From the IMG/VR virus record IMGVR_UViG_3300021387_001054: a stretch of 64,000 bases of DNA; one strand, given 5' to 3'. Below the pieces are notes generated by a model. That model did not search any database. It saw only the letters and a list, made by a program, of their open reading frames with translations, and was not told the DNA's origin. Both the position numbers and the translations under genes were made by a program. The stretch comes from a virus. The first letter of the stretch is position 1; the number at the start of each line of letters is the position of its first letter. Shown here one piece after another: positions 8,475 through 18,360 of the stretch.

Positions 8475-10931
8475 ATGCTGTTTCGTCAAATTAGAATGAT
8501 TACCGGTGATTGCGGCAAACGCAACGATTATATTATCTTTGTTAATTGTAAAGGTGGCAAAGCTCACCGTGACGCATTATCTGATTTAGTACGAGAAGGA
8601 TTTTGGATTGGTGATACACATTACGTAACCAGCGAACGGTCAGCATCTATGGTACGCACCTCTATACTTTCTTTTGTAGATGAAAGTATTAGTGAAGAAT
8701 TACGCCGTCGTGTCACGATGGATATACATTTAGAAACAACGGTTCTTTCTAAGTGGTATGCGTATCGCGGATTGATGTTAAGCTCGTGTCATTGTTTAGA
8801 GGGTTGGACGCCGCGTATTATTATCGTACCAGACTTATATCGTGTTATTGCAAATCAGACGATTAAGTATGTTTATGATAAACACATGACCTATGAAAAG
8901 GACGGTAAAGTATTACCGTGGGTGCAAAAAGATATTGCGACCGGTGTACGAGACATCGAGATCAATGCTGCGGATGGGTGTGGAATACATCATCCTGATA
9001 TTACCGATCAAGTTCGTGGCATGTTGGACGCTAAGTCCGACCCTACTTCAATCTTGTGGCGTGCGCCTTTTATCAAAGGCGTAACCCACGAGATGGATTA
9101 CATTTCATTTTTTCAAGAACGCGGGGTAACTGAAATAGTAGATATTTGGGGAGTACGTCACGACGTCTCCCCTTCTTCCCTACCTGCTATTATTATGTGT
9201 GAATCAATGTATAAAGGTTTCAAATATTTCAAACGCAATGGAGATGTGTCAGATTGGGAACATTATTGGGAAGTGTTTCATAAATACAATCATTGCATCG
9301 GAGTTGCGAAATGGAATTTTTCTTTAGATGAAGAACCTTTGTATACTCGCGGCAACTATCAGATATTGCAAGACTTAGATTTACCTTATGAGGATTTTGC
9401 TACGCTGGCGCGATATTCGATAAGTTGGGTGTCACGCATTCTTACCGGCGATCCCGTTTATCTGTATAGTTTTCTCGGATTATTTGCCGACCAACATAAG
9501 AGCTTTGATTTGCGCATGGAAGCGTTAGTTAAGAATCGTATGATGATTCATGAAGCTGGTGTACGTCAGTACATTATATCATTGATTTCTAAAACGATTG
9601 ATGATATGAAGTGTGGTAAATTATATTTGAAAGCCTGTTTTAAATTTGAAGCTCCTGACCTTATTATGTTAATGGAACATATCGGCGGTTTGCCTTTGCA
9701 TGGTTGTTTAGAATCAGATGAGTTTTTCTCGTTTAACAAACAAGGTAAGTTCAACGGTTATTATTTGGTGGAACGCAACCCCCATATTTGTCGATCTGAG
9801 CATTGCAAATTAAAAGCGGTTAATAATGAATTAACTGACAAGTATTGTTCCCACCTGGTGAATGTAGCTATGTTAAATAGTAAATCAATTACTGCCCAGC
9901 GATTAAACGGTAGTGACTTTGACGGCGATTTAGTATTAGTAATTGATGAACCCATGATGATGGCAGGCGTAGACCCCGACGTTCCAATTACGATTGATGT
10001 TGAAGATAAAGTTACTGCTTTAGAAGAAGCTGACACGCCTGAGAATCAGGTGAAAGTTGCATTACGTGGCATGAATTCGTTAATCGGTGAGACAAGTAAT
10101 TGTGCTACGGCATACATCAATAAAACGCCGAAGACCATTGAAGCTAAATTGCGCTATGACTCTTATATAAACTTACTGAGTGTTATCAATGGTAAAGCAA
10201 TTGATTCGGCTAAGACCGGTGTAGTGTATAATATTCCTAGATATATTGCTAAGTATGGGCGACCTCTCCCCTACTTCATGAAATATGCTTCACCATATTA
10301 TGCCAGCATGAAAGACTTATCTAAGTCACTTAGTAACATGAATCGTCTTTGCATGGAAATTGAATCGTGGCAGCGGTCTATCCGGTGGAATAAACCGTTT
10401 TCTAAATTTTCTGCTACGGGAACAATGCAAAACTTTGAGTATCATATTGACACAGAGGATAATATGAATCAGCCCGCAGAGTCACAGCATTTTGATTATA
10501 AAATCATGATCGACGATACAATCCCCGTCGATAAAAATAAACTCGAACAGATTCGGGCTATCTTTCTACAGTACAATCAAGAAAGTAGTGCTTTAACAAA
10601 AGAGTTTCGCGCAGGGTTATTAAAGGCTACAAATAAAAAGAGCCGATCTGAAAGCTATGTAATAGATATTGATTGGCAGACATTTTATAATTCGTACCGA
10701 TTAAGATGTTTTGATATTTGTCCTAACATCTGTGAGCTTGCTAACTATGCTGTTATTATTTGTTATGAGTATTATCCAAAAAGGTCAAAAGGTTTTTTGT
10801 GGCATATAGCTGGCGAAGGCATTATTGCTAATCTTAAACAAGTAGAAGAATATTTACCTATCAGAGATGATGCCGGTGACTACGAATATTTAGGTCGGCG
10901 GTATCGAATGGAGAAGATCATGTTTGATTAA
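8475..10931 (+). CDS. Candidate YonO-like single-chain DPBB RNA polymerase (818 aa)
   Basis: Contains NGSDFDGDLVLVIDE. DFDGD is the Mg-binding signature of the RNAP beta-prime double-psi beta-barrel and of YonO- and crAss-type phage RNAPs. The size is close to the recalled 839 aa of YonO. It is followed by an HU-like gene and then terminase and portal, as in SPbeta (from memory). Confidence 0.45.
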   Translation: MLFRQIRMITGDCGKRNDYIIFVNCKGGKAHRDALSDLVREGFWIGDTHYVTSERSASMVRTSILSFVDESISEELRRRVTMDIHLETTVLSKWYAYRGLMLSSCHCLEGWTPRIIIVPDLYRVIANQTIKYVYDKHMTYEKDGKVLPWVQKDIATGVRDIEINAADGCGIHHPDITDQVRGMLDAKSDPTSILWRAPFIKGVTHEMDYISFFQERGVTEIVDIWGVRHDVSPSSLPAIIMCESMYKGFKYFKRNGDVSDWEHYWEVFHKYNHCIGVAKWNFSLDEEPLYTRGNYQILQDLDLPYEDFATLARYSISWVSRILTGDPVYLYSFLGLFADQHKSFDLRMEALVKNRMMIHEAGVRQYIISLISKTIDDMKCGKLYLKACFKFEAPDLIMLMEHIGGLPLHGCLESDEFFSFNKQGKFNGYYLVERNPHICRSEHCKLKAVNNELTDKYCSHLVNVAMLNSKSITAQRLNGSDFDGDLVLVIDEPMMMAGVDPDVPITIDVEDKVTALEEADTPENQVKVALRGMNSLIGETSNCATAYINKTPKTIEAKLRYDSYINLLSVINGKAIDSAKTGVVYNIPRYIAKYGRPLPYFMKYASPYYASMKDLSKSLSNMNRLCMEIESWQRSIRWNKPFSKFSATGTMQNFEYHIDTEDNMNQPAESQHFDYKIMIDDTIPVDKNKLEQIRAIFLQYNQESSALTKEFRAGLLKATNKKSRSESYVIDIDWQTFYNSYRLRCFDICPNICELANYAVIICYEYYPKRSKGFLWHIAGEGIIANLKQVEEYLPIRDDAGDYEYLGRRYRMEKIMFD

Positions 10932-11568
10932 CGAAATATTATTAGTTCAGAATTTATTAGATGGAATCGGTATCAATAAGGCATGTTTGTTTCAACATTG
11001 TTATTTATTGGCGAAGTATTATTTGCAGTTAGGATACGAACCGGTAGATGTTCGTCGGAATATTTTTGCGTGGGCAAATAAATATAATTTATATTTAAGC
11101 AGCACAAAAATCAATATCAACCGCATCATTTTCAAAGCGCAAGAAGATAAACGTCGTTTACGTGAGGACGTAGTTGTTCGTGTTTCGCAGAAAGATTTAG
11201 ATAATATTGCAGAACGGTTTGATAATCCGAAAACGCGCCGCATTGCTCTGGCCATGTTGTGCTATGCAAAGGTTGCAGCAGATAGCGCAAATGAGTTTGA
11301 ACTATCTATCATATCATTCTGTAACTGGCTCGGAGTTGATTTCTCACGGATGCACAGGGCATATCTAAAAGAATTGCAAACCTTTGGATATGTTGAGCGG
11401 ATATCAAAGACTCATGCCAAGAAGATTTATTCGTGGGATCGCAACGTCAAAAGTAAAGCTGCGAATTTTAAGTTGTTAGTGAAGTTTAATAATTCTGGCA
11501 CGCATGTATTAAGAAATAACGATATTGATGCTTTGTTTCATGAATGTTTCGATGAGCGCACTGACTGA
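10924..11568 (+). CDS. Hypothetical protein (214 aa), last gene of the operon
   Basis: Start overlaps the upstream stop. Followed by a strong terminator. Confidence 0.45.
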   Translation: MINEILLVQNLLDGIGINKACLFQHCYLLAKYYLQLGYEPVDVRRNIFAWANKYNLYLSSTKININRIIFKAQEDKRRLREDVVVRVSQKDLDNIAERFDNPKTRRIALAMLCYAKVAADSANEFELSIISFCNWLGVDFSRMHRAYLKELQTFGYVERISKTHAKKIYSWDRNVKSKAANFKLLVKFNNSGTHVLRNNDIDALFHECFDERTD

Positions 11569-11586
11569 CGAAAACTTTATATTGAA

Positions 11587-11625
11587 CCACCCCTCTGTTG
11601 TTTTTGAGGGGTGGTTTTGTTTTGA
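11587..11625 (+). terminator. Rho-independent terminator (10-bp perfect stem accacccctc/gaggggtggt plus T-run)
   Basis: accacccctc tgttgttttt gaggggtggt tttgttttg. Confidence 0.75.
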
Positions 11626-11763
11626 AAAAGTCTGTGTATATGAATACATAATATGTGTGGTAAATATAAATTGTTAAAATAAATGGCTCTGGCTGAGTCA
11701 AATTTAATTTTTGCTCGTGGTCTTTGGATTACGATCAAAGAAGTAAAGGAATGAAAGAACGTA

Positions 11764-11973
11764 TTGATTAAGTTGTTAAGCACCGAAGTCACGGAGTTGG
11801 CACGCCAAAAGAAACATTATAATCTGGTTAAGACACAGGGATCTCATCGTGGACGTAAAAAATATTATTTGAAAAACGATGATTATGAGGCTATGGCAGT
11901 TATTGCCAATATGCGAGGGTACGATCTGAATACCTTCTATCATAACTGTGTCGAGGGATTGGGATATGTATGA
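11764..11973 (+). CDS. Hypothetical small protein (69 aa)
   Basis: ORF only. Confidence 0.3.
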   Translation: MIKLLSTEVTELARQKKHYNLVKTQGSHRGRKKYYLKNDDYEAMAVIANMRGYDLNTFYHNCVEGLGYV

Positions 11974-12170
11974 GCCAAGATAATGTATTTGAACAGGCTA
12001 TTGTAAAAATCTCAGGCGTATTCGATGTAGACGATAACGGGCAGATTGTTGTGTATGATGATGATATGCAGCCTTGTAGGTTGTCTGAGATATTAGAAAA
12101 ATATATGGGACACTACGCTTTGTTAACAATAGAAACACGCGAATTAGGAATCACAAAGAAAGGACGGTGA
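11970..12170 (+). CDS. Hypothetical small protein (66 aa)
   Basis: ATGA-coupled to the upstream ORF. Confidence 0.3.
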   Translation: MSQDNVFEQAIVKISGVFDVDDNGQIVVYDDDMQPCRLSEILEKYMGHYALLTIETRELGITKKGR

Positions 12171-12509
12171 GTGCTAGTGGTTAAAAAGGAATTAGTAGCA
12201 GAGATTGCTGACCGTATGAATATCGACAAAGAAACCGCAGGTTTATTCTTTCAAACATTTCAGGATGTAGTCTATGACACGCTTAATTCTGGCGAGGATA
12301 TTTTAATTGTTAATATGATGCGTATGGAGATTGTGCTACGCGATGGACGTAGCTATTATGATTTATCTGCAAAGGCAAACGCATGGGCACCGCCTAGATA
12401 TAATTTAGTAATTCGTCCTATTGGCAAATTAAAGGACTCTATTAAGAGCCAGAAGGTTTCTACTTATGAAGCAAAGAAATTGCGTAAGCACTCTCGGAGC
12501 GAAGACTAA
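12171..12509 (+). CDS. HU/IHF-like DNA-binding protein (GTG start)
   Basis: Length and pattern (KKELVAEIADRMNIDKETAGLFFQTFQDVVYDTL..GEDILIV...R.GR...........P...LVIRPIGKLKDSIK) parallel bacterial HU (MNKTELI..VA...L.K......V......I...L..GD.V.L.GFG.F.V..R..R.GRNP.TG....I.....P.FK.GK.LKD.V). Confidence 0.5.
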   Translation: MLVVKKELVAEIADRMNIDKETAGLFFQTFQDVVYDTLNSGEDILIVNMMRMEIVLRDGRSYYDLSAKANAWAPPRYNLVIRPIGKLKDSIKSQKVSTYEAKKLRKHSRSED

Positions 12510-13471
12510 TGGGTAGAGCAAAACAAAGTAAACACATTAAGTTGTTCGATAAAGAAAAAGTTGCGAAGATTAACCCTGAGAGTAAAAGGCTATTAAGAGA
12601 ATATAAAAAAGATATGGTGTTGCGTGAACTGTCTCCCGGAACAATCGAAGGTTATTTTGGTGACTTATATCAGTGGTTGATTTTTGTATTAGAGAATCAA
12701 GAGAATAAGTCTGTTTTAGAAATAGACGAAGATGATCTGACAGATTTTTTCTATTGGTGTAAAACCGAAGGAAACAATACACGCCGCATGAGACGTAGAT
12801 ATTCTAGCATTTCAGCGTTTTATAAATTTTTAAGGAAAAAGCGCAAGGTCACAGAGAACCCGATGGAGTTTGTAGACCGACCAATTAAAGATGTCGATGT
12901 AATCACTCAGACATATTTAACAGTAGAGCAAATTGAAGAAATGAAAGAGAAATTAGCAGCGACGGGAAATCTCACACTTGAAGTGTATGCTTTATTCTCT
13001 TTGAGTACAATGGCTCGTGTCAATGCTGTGTCCAACATCAAGTGGAAACAGATTGATTTTGCGCAACGCATTGTTACGGACGTTTTAGAAAAAGAAGGAA
13101 AAATAGTAACCTTATATTTTTCTGAGGAAGTCCGGTTAAAACTTATTCGACTTCAACAGTTCCGCGAACTAAACGAGATCGACGATGGTGGTTATGTCTT
13201 TTTCAGCAGAGATAAAGATGGTCATCCTAAACCTGTATCGACTGGTACATTACATAGTTGGGCAAGGAAGATTGGTCGCATGATTGGGGTGCCTACGCTG
13301 CATCCGCATGACTTTAGGCACTCTGGTAGCCAGCAACTTAAACTTGCTGGTATGCCCTTAGAGGAAATATCGGTTTTATTAAATCATGAATCGACTGAAA
13401 CTACCCGGAGACATTACCTACAAGCCGACACACAAAGTATACGAGCATCCAAAGATAAGTATGGCTTGTGA
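12509..13471 (+). CDS. Tyrosine site-specific recombinase (XerC/D or phage-integrase family)
   Basis: C-terminal catalytic block LHPHDFRHSGSQQLK ... TRRHYLQ (H-x-x-R ... Y) and an N-terminal SAM-like domain. Confidence 0.8.
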   Translation: MGRAKQSKHIKLFDKEKVAKINPESKRLLREYKKDMVLRELSPGTIEGYFGDLYQWLIFVLENQENKSVLEIDEDDLTDFFYWCKTEGNNTRRMRRRYSSISAFYKFLRKKRKVTENPMEFVDRPIKDVDVITQTYLTVEQIEEMKEKLAATGNLTLEVYALFSLSTMARVNAVSNIKWKQIDFAQRIVTDVLEKEGKIVTLYFSEEVRLKLIRLQQFRELNEIDDGGYVFFSRDKDGHPKPVSTGTLHSWARKIGRMIGVPTLHPHDFRHSGSQQLKLAGMPLEEISVLLNHESTETTRRHYLQADTQSIRASKDKYGL

Positions 13472-13513
13472 GTTTGGATAATTTTGGAATAGAAGAATTA
13501 AAGGATTGATAGC

Positions 13514-14650
13514 ATGGATTTACTTGATTTACGAGCAGATCAACGTGCTGCGGCAGCTAAGAACGAGAAACTTGGCGAGATGTATGTATTCGCGTCGCGC
13601 CATGTTAAATGTACACGGTGCGGTCTGGTGCCGCGCAAAGCTGATACTGTTTTCTTCAAAAAGAATGATTCTCCTGTTTACTCAGCAAACAATGGACGTA
13701 TTTGTATTTGTAAATCGTGTGCACAGAAAATATTTGAAGCATACGCAAAGGAAACAAATGATCCTTTGTACGCATTGATGCAATTTTGTGCTGAGTTTAA
13801 TTACTATTATGATAAAGAAGTCGCCATTGCACTGTATGATAATGGCACATTATCATTAGGTAGATACATAGCGAAGATCAATACAGTAGACAGAGGTAAA
13901 ACATTTGCTGACAATTTTGCATCTGTTGTATCTACTCAACGAGAAGAACCTGCGGTTTTAGAGCAACCAACCTATAATCGTACAACGTCTTGGGCAATTG
14001 AAGACAAGAAAAACAAAGACAATGTTTCAGAACGTATCGGCTACGACCCGTTTATTGACGGGGGATTTTCTGATGAACAGTTAAAATTTCTGTATAATAC
14101 CTGCGCGGGGTATTTAACAGATGCGGTTGAACAAGACCCGCATAAATTGCAAAACGTCGTTTTGATGTGTAAAACATTTTTACAGTTGGAAACAATTGAT
14201 AAGATGTTAAATAATCAATTTAACTCAGTTAATCCAGACACACAACTCATTGCGTCACTCACTGCCACTAAAGAGAAATTGACTAATACTATTACTAGAA
14301 TAGCGAACGAAAATGGTTTTGCTGAAAAAACTAGCGGTCGTTCCAACCAAGGTTCAAACACACTGTCGTTCAAAATGCGTGAAATGGAACAAAAACATTT
14401 TGAGTTTTCTAAGGTAAATATACATGATGTTCGTATGGCTGAATCATTTAAGGAAATCGCCAAAATTAACGCACACGCTTTAATGGATGAACTTGCAGAA
14501 ACCGGCGATGATTTTGCTCGTCTCTGCGCGGATCAGCGACAGTTTGTTGTGGAATTGCAAGAAGAGAACGATGAATTAACTGAGCAGAATAGATTGCTTA
14601 ATATTCGTATCAAAGACTTAGAAGAACAAATAAAGGCGAAGGCTCGGTGA
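13514..14650 (+). CDS. Zn-ribbon plus leucine-zipper coiled-coil protein (378 aa); possible terminase small subunit or DNA-binding packaging factor
   Basis: CTRCG...CICKSC Zn-ribbon-like N-terminus and a C-terminal heptad coiled coil. Sits immediately upstream of TerL. Confidence 0.3.
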   Translation: MDLLDLRADQRAAAAKNEKLGEMYVFASRHVKCTRCGLVPRKADTVFFKKNDSPVYSANNGRICICKSCAQKIFEAYAKETNDPLYALMQFCAEFNYYYDKEVAIALYDNGTLSLGRYIAKINTVDRGKTFADNFASVVSTQREEPAVLEQPTYNRTTSWAIEDKKNKDNVSERIGYDPFIDGGFSDEQLKFLYNTCAGYLTDAVEQDPHKLQNVVLMCKTFLQLETIDKMLNNQFNSVNPDTQLIASLTATKEKLTNTITRIANENGFAEKTSGRSNQGSNTLSFKMREMEQKHFEFSKVNIHDVRMAESFKEIAKINAHALMDELAETGDDFARLCADQRQFVVELQEENDELTEQNRLLNIRIKDLEEQIKAKAR

Positions 14651-14655
14651 TATAG

Positions 14656-16644
14656 GTGGCAGTTAGTACACAGCTCTCCCCCGCTATTGCCGATGATGAA
14701 ATTTTCCAGTTTGACACAGTGCGTTTTGATTTAGCGTCTATTCGTTTAGACCAGATCGAGATTACTGACCCTGACTTGTTACAGTTAGCGTACAAATACT
14801 ATAAAGCACTCAGCGCAAAAAAGATTAAAGAGTATTTGCGTTTCTGCAAATTTGTGCAATGGGGACGTTTGAATCCAGTTGATTTTGCTTCGGCTGTATT
14901 TGGCATTGAGATGTTAGATTTGCAGAAATATGCTTTAATCAACTCTTGGCCGCGACAGTTTGTATTATGGCTTGAATGTCGAAACGCTGGCAAGACTACC
15001 TTGATCGCAATTTATGTTATGTTACGGTCGTTATTGATTCCCTATCATGTTACATACTTGTTAGGCAAAATCGGCGGTCAGTCAAAGCAAATATTCAAAA
15101 AAATTGAAGAAATTGCTACACAACGTATTGAGACATTCCTAGGTGTTACTGATGTGTTCTACAATGAGTTGCGCAAAGATGGTGCAAACTCAACAGGATT
15201 TAAGCACGATCCGAACTCGTTTGAATTGAATTTGTTTAATAACGCTGCTGTATATACATTGAACTCTGACCCAACAAATATTAAAGGTAAGCGTGCATCA
15301 TTAGTCGTATTTGACGAAGCAGGTTGGTTCTCTGACGAATTGTTTACACAAGCAGAAGCATTTGTAAATCAGAATGAAGAATTCAAATTAGGTGGAGATG
15401 TCGATTTAAGCATTGAGCCTACAGGATTCCCTAGACAGTTATTATATGCGTCTTCGGCTTCTGATACAAACTCTGGTTTTTATCGTAAGTTTAAGAATAT
15501 ATCAGAACGTATGTTACTTGGCGATACTCGGTACTTCTCTGTCAACTTTACAGCAGATGCTTTGTTGAATGCAAAGGTTGATGGTAAACCTTATACTTCT
15601 CTGGTATCTAAAGATCAGATTGATAAAATGATGACCGAAAAGCGCGAGGCTGCATTACGAGAATACTATAATCATTTTTCTGCTGACTCTTTTGAAGGGC
15701 AAATTATTTCTCGTCGAGATTTGATGCAGTGTACAGAAAACTATACTCCTATTATGTCCAACGATACCGGCAATCGAATCATTTGTATGTCGTGGGACTC
15801 TGCGAGACTGAACGATAATTCGGTTATTGTAATCGCAGAATTTTATAAAAAGAAAGAACGCGACAAAGATTCTGGCCGTACACGCGATATGGGATGGCAC
15901 ATGCGCATTCTCAATGTTGTCTCATTAGTTGACGTTAAAACCAAACAGCGCACGCCAATGCGTTTCCCTGAGCAAGTAGAAAGATTCAAACAATTATTGT
16001 TGGATTATAACGGCACGCAACACGGCAAAAAAGACTATGAAAACATTAAACGTATTATTTGTGATGCCGGTGCCGGTGGTCAGATCATTGGTTCTGTAGC
16101 TGATTATATGTTAGCTCACTGGACAGATTCATTTGGTAATGAACACAAAGGCATTATTGATGTTTCTCATAAGGCGAATGAAAGTGCTAGAGCCACTTAT
16201 CCTGATGCAGTTGATATTATGACGCTTGTCGATCCTAGAGCGCACAGAAATGAAATTTTTGATGCGATTGAAAAAATGGTGAAACTTGGAGTGGTATCAT
16301 TCCCTGCCGATCCAGAAGGCAGAGACTTTATTACCCATATTGATGATGAAGGCAATGACATTGTTACTCAACTGACGCCGGAACAGATGGTAGCTTGTTC
16401 TCAAATCGAGTTAATGAAAACAGAAATTGTTACTATGTGCAAGTATGTAACGCAAGGTAATATTCGTTATGATTTTCCGGCCGACAAAAGAAATCGTATG
16501 CACGATGACCGCGTATTTGCGTTTGGATTGTTGTGTTGGTATTTAGCGAAACTGCGGCGCGGTGATGTGGTAACACGTAGACCAGAAGATGAACCAGAAG
16601 TGTTTGTACTTCCGTTCCGTAAACCAGTATTAAGAAAACTCTAA
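14656..16644 (+). CDS. Terminase large subunit
   Basis: Walker A-like LECRNAGKTTLIAIYV and Walker B LVVFDEAGWF. Size, nuclease-like C-terminal half, and position before the portal gene all fit. Confidence 0.75.
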   Translation: MAVSTQLSPAIADDEIFQFDTVRFDLASIRLDQIEITDPDLLQLAYKYYKALSAKKIKEYLRFCKFVQWGRLNPVDFASAVFGIEMLDLQKYALINSWPRQFVLWLECRNAGKTTLIAIYVMLRSLLIPYHVTYLLGKIGGQSKQIFKKIEEIATQRIETFLGVTDVFYNELRKDGANSTGFKHDPNSFELNLFNNAAVYTLNSDPTNIKGKRASLVVFDEAGWFSDELFTQAEAFVNQNEEFKLGGDVDLSIEPTGFPRQLLYASSASDTNSGFYRKFKNISERMLLGDTRYFSVNFTADALLNAKVDGKPYTSLVSKDQIDKMMTEKREAALREYYNHFSADSFEGQIISRRDLMQCTENYTPIMSNDTGNRIICMSWDSARLNDNSVIVIAEFYKKKERDKDSGRTRDMGWHMRILNVVSLVDVKTKQRTPMRFPEQVERFKQLLLDYNGTQHGKKDYENIKRIICDAGAGGQIIGSVADYMLAHWTDSFGNEHKGIIDVSHKANESARATYPDAVDIMTLVDPRAHRNEIFDAIEKMVKLGVVSFPADPEGRDFITHIDDEGNDIVTQLTPEQMVACSQIELMKTEIVTMCKYVTQGNIRYDFPADKRNRMHDDRVFAFGLLCWYLAKLRRGDVVTRRPEDEPEVFVLPFRKPVLRKL

Positions 16645-16657
16645 AGGAGGTGTATGT

Positions 16658-18112
16658 GTGAGTAGCAATCAAGTTGTAGATGAACAGTTTTTAAGATACG
16701 CGAAACTTGCGAAACAATATTTAAGACCTCCGGGCAGTATTACTTCTGATACTCAGACCACATTTGGTTCTTTTACAAAAAAAGATATTCTGGATTTGTT
16801 AGAGCGTCCAGCAAATTCTGAAAGGCAACTGCGAAAAGCATCTATCATGCTTTACAATATTTCCAGTCATTATCGTCGTTTGATTTCTTATTTTGCTAAA
16901 ATGCCGACGTTTGACTTCTATCTAACACCACTTGGGGTTGATCCCCAGGCGAAAATTAACGAGAAGAGTTTTAAGAGTTGTTTCAAAAAGGCCGTTGACC
17001 AAGTAGAGCGGATGAATTTGAAACATGAATTACAAAAAGTATCAACTACGATTTGGCGTGAGGATGTATTTTATGGATATGAGTATGAGCAGAAAGACTC
17101 GTACTTCATCCAAAAATTAAATGCTGATTATTGTAGACTGTCTGCAATTGAAGACGGCGTGTTTACTTTTGAATTTGATTTTAGCTTTTTCAATTCTCGG
17201 TTGCATTTGCTGCCGTACTATGCTCCTGAATTTCAGCGCAAATATGAATTGTATAAATCAGATCGAAAAGGCAAACGCTGGCAAGAGCTTGATACAAAAA
17301 AAGAAGTATGTTTCAAGCTAAATGAAGATTTAGAATATATTTTCCCTCCCTTTGCAGGGACGTTCCCTGACATTTACGACATCGCTGATTATAAGCAGCT
17401 CATGAAGGCTCGCACTGAGATTGATAACTATAAATTGGTCTATTTGAAAATACCTTTTGAAAATGGCAGATTTAAGTTACCAGAAAGACTTGCGAATAAT
17501 TACTATGAGCAAATGGGACAGCAGATGCCACCCGGTGTTGGTCTTGGCATGACCCCCATGGATATCGACCAAGTAAGTTTTGAGCAATCTGGTAATACTC
17601 GTGACACAGATACGGTTGCGCGAAGTGAAGCTGCATTTTGGAGCGGTAGCGGTGCATCGTCTGCTATTCTCGGTAAAGATGATATTACATCGTCTTCTGC
17701 AATTATGCTGTCAATCGAAACAGATGCAGAAATTGTATATTCATTACTGCGGCAGATTGAACGATGGGTTAATCGTAAATTAAAACAATTATCGGGAACG
17801 TATCATTTTAAGCTCACATTCTTAAATTCGACTGTATTTAATAAGCAAAACGCACAGGAACAATACCTCAAGGCTTGTCAATATAGTTTCCCGTTGAAAT
17901 ATGCGGCTGCCGCAGCATACGGCATTACGCCGTCTGATTTTAGCGGTTTATTAGTATTAGAAAATGAGACAATGAAATTGCACGAGGAAATGATACCTGT
18001 ATCATCTTCTCATACGCAAAGCAGTGATAGTTCGCCGGGGCGTCCTGCCCAGGACACAGTAGATGAGTCGGGTGAAAAGAATAGGGCGAATGATAGCAAT
18101 GATAAACGGTAA
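16658..18112 (+). CDS. Portal protein
   Basis: 484-aa protein directly downstream of TerL, with a Ser/Asp-rich acidic C-terminus. Called by position and size. Confidence 0.55.
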   Translation: MSSNQVVDEQFLRYAKLAKQYLRPPGSITSDTQTTFGSFTKKDILDLLERPANSERQLRKASIMLYNISSHYRRLISYFAKMPTFDFYLTPLGVDPQAKINEKSFKSCFKKAVDQVERMNLKHELQKVSTTIWREDVFYGYEYEQKDSYFIQKLNADYCRLSAIEDGVFTFEFDFSFFNSRLHLLPYYAPEFQRKYELYKSDRKGKRWQELDTKKEVCFKLNEDLEYIFPPFAGTFPDIYDIADYKQLMKARTEIDNYKLVYLKIPFENGRFKLPERLANNYYEQMGQQMPPGVGLGMTPMDIDQVSFEQSGNTRDTDTVARSEAAFWSGSGASSAILGKDDITSSSAIMLSIETDAEIVYSLLRQIERWVNRKLKQLSGTYHFKLTFLNSTVFNKQNAQEQYLKACQYSFPLKYAAAAAYGITPSDFSGLLVLENETMKLHEEMIPVSSSHTQSSDSSPGRPAQDTVDESGEKNRANDSNDKR

Positions 18113-18360
18113 CGCATTATTTTTATATACCTGCAACCCCTCAACCGCCGAACGGTTGCGAGAGTTAAATTTTGATCTATTAAATGTTAGAGGCGGTCAA
18201 TATATATTCGTTTGTTCTCCTGATATGTATAGTTGTTATTCAAGTAATGAGTTAAGTGATATATTATCAGAATTATATGTGACAAATAAATTGATACTCT
18301 AACTGCCTGATGGCAGTTTTATTATTTGATAGGAGGTGAGATATCATAGAAAAGATTCGT

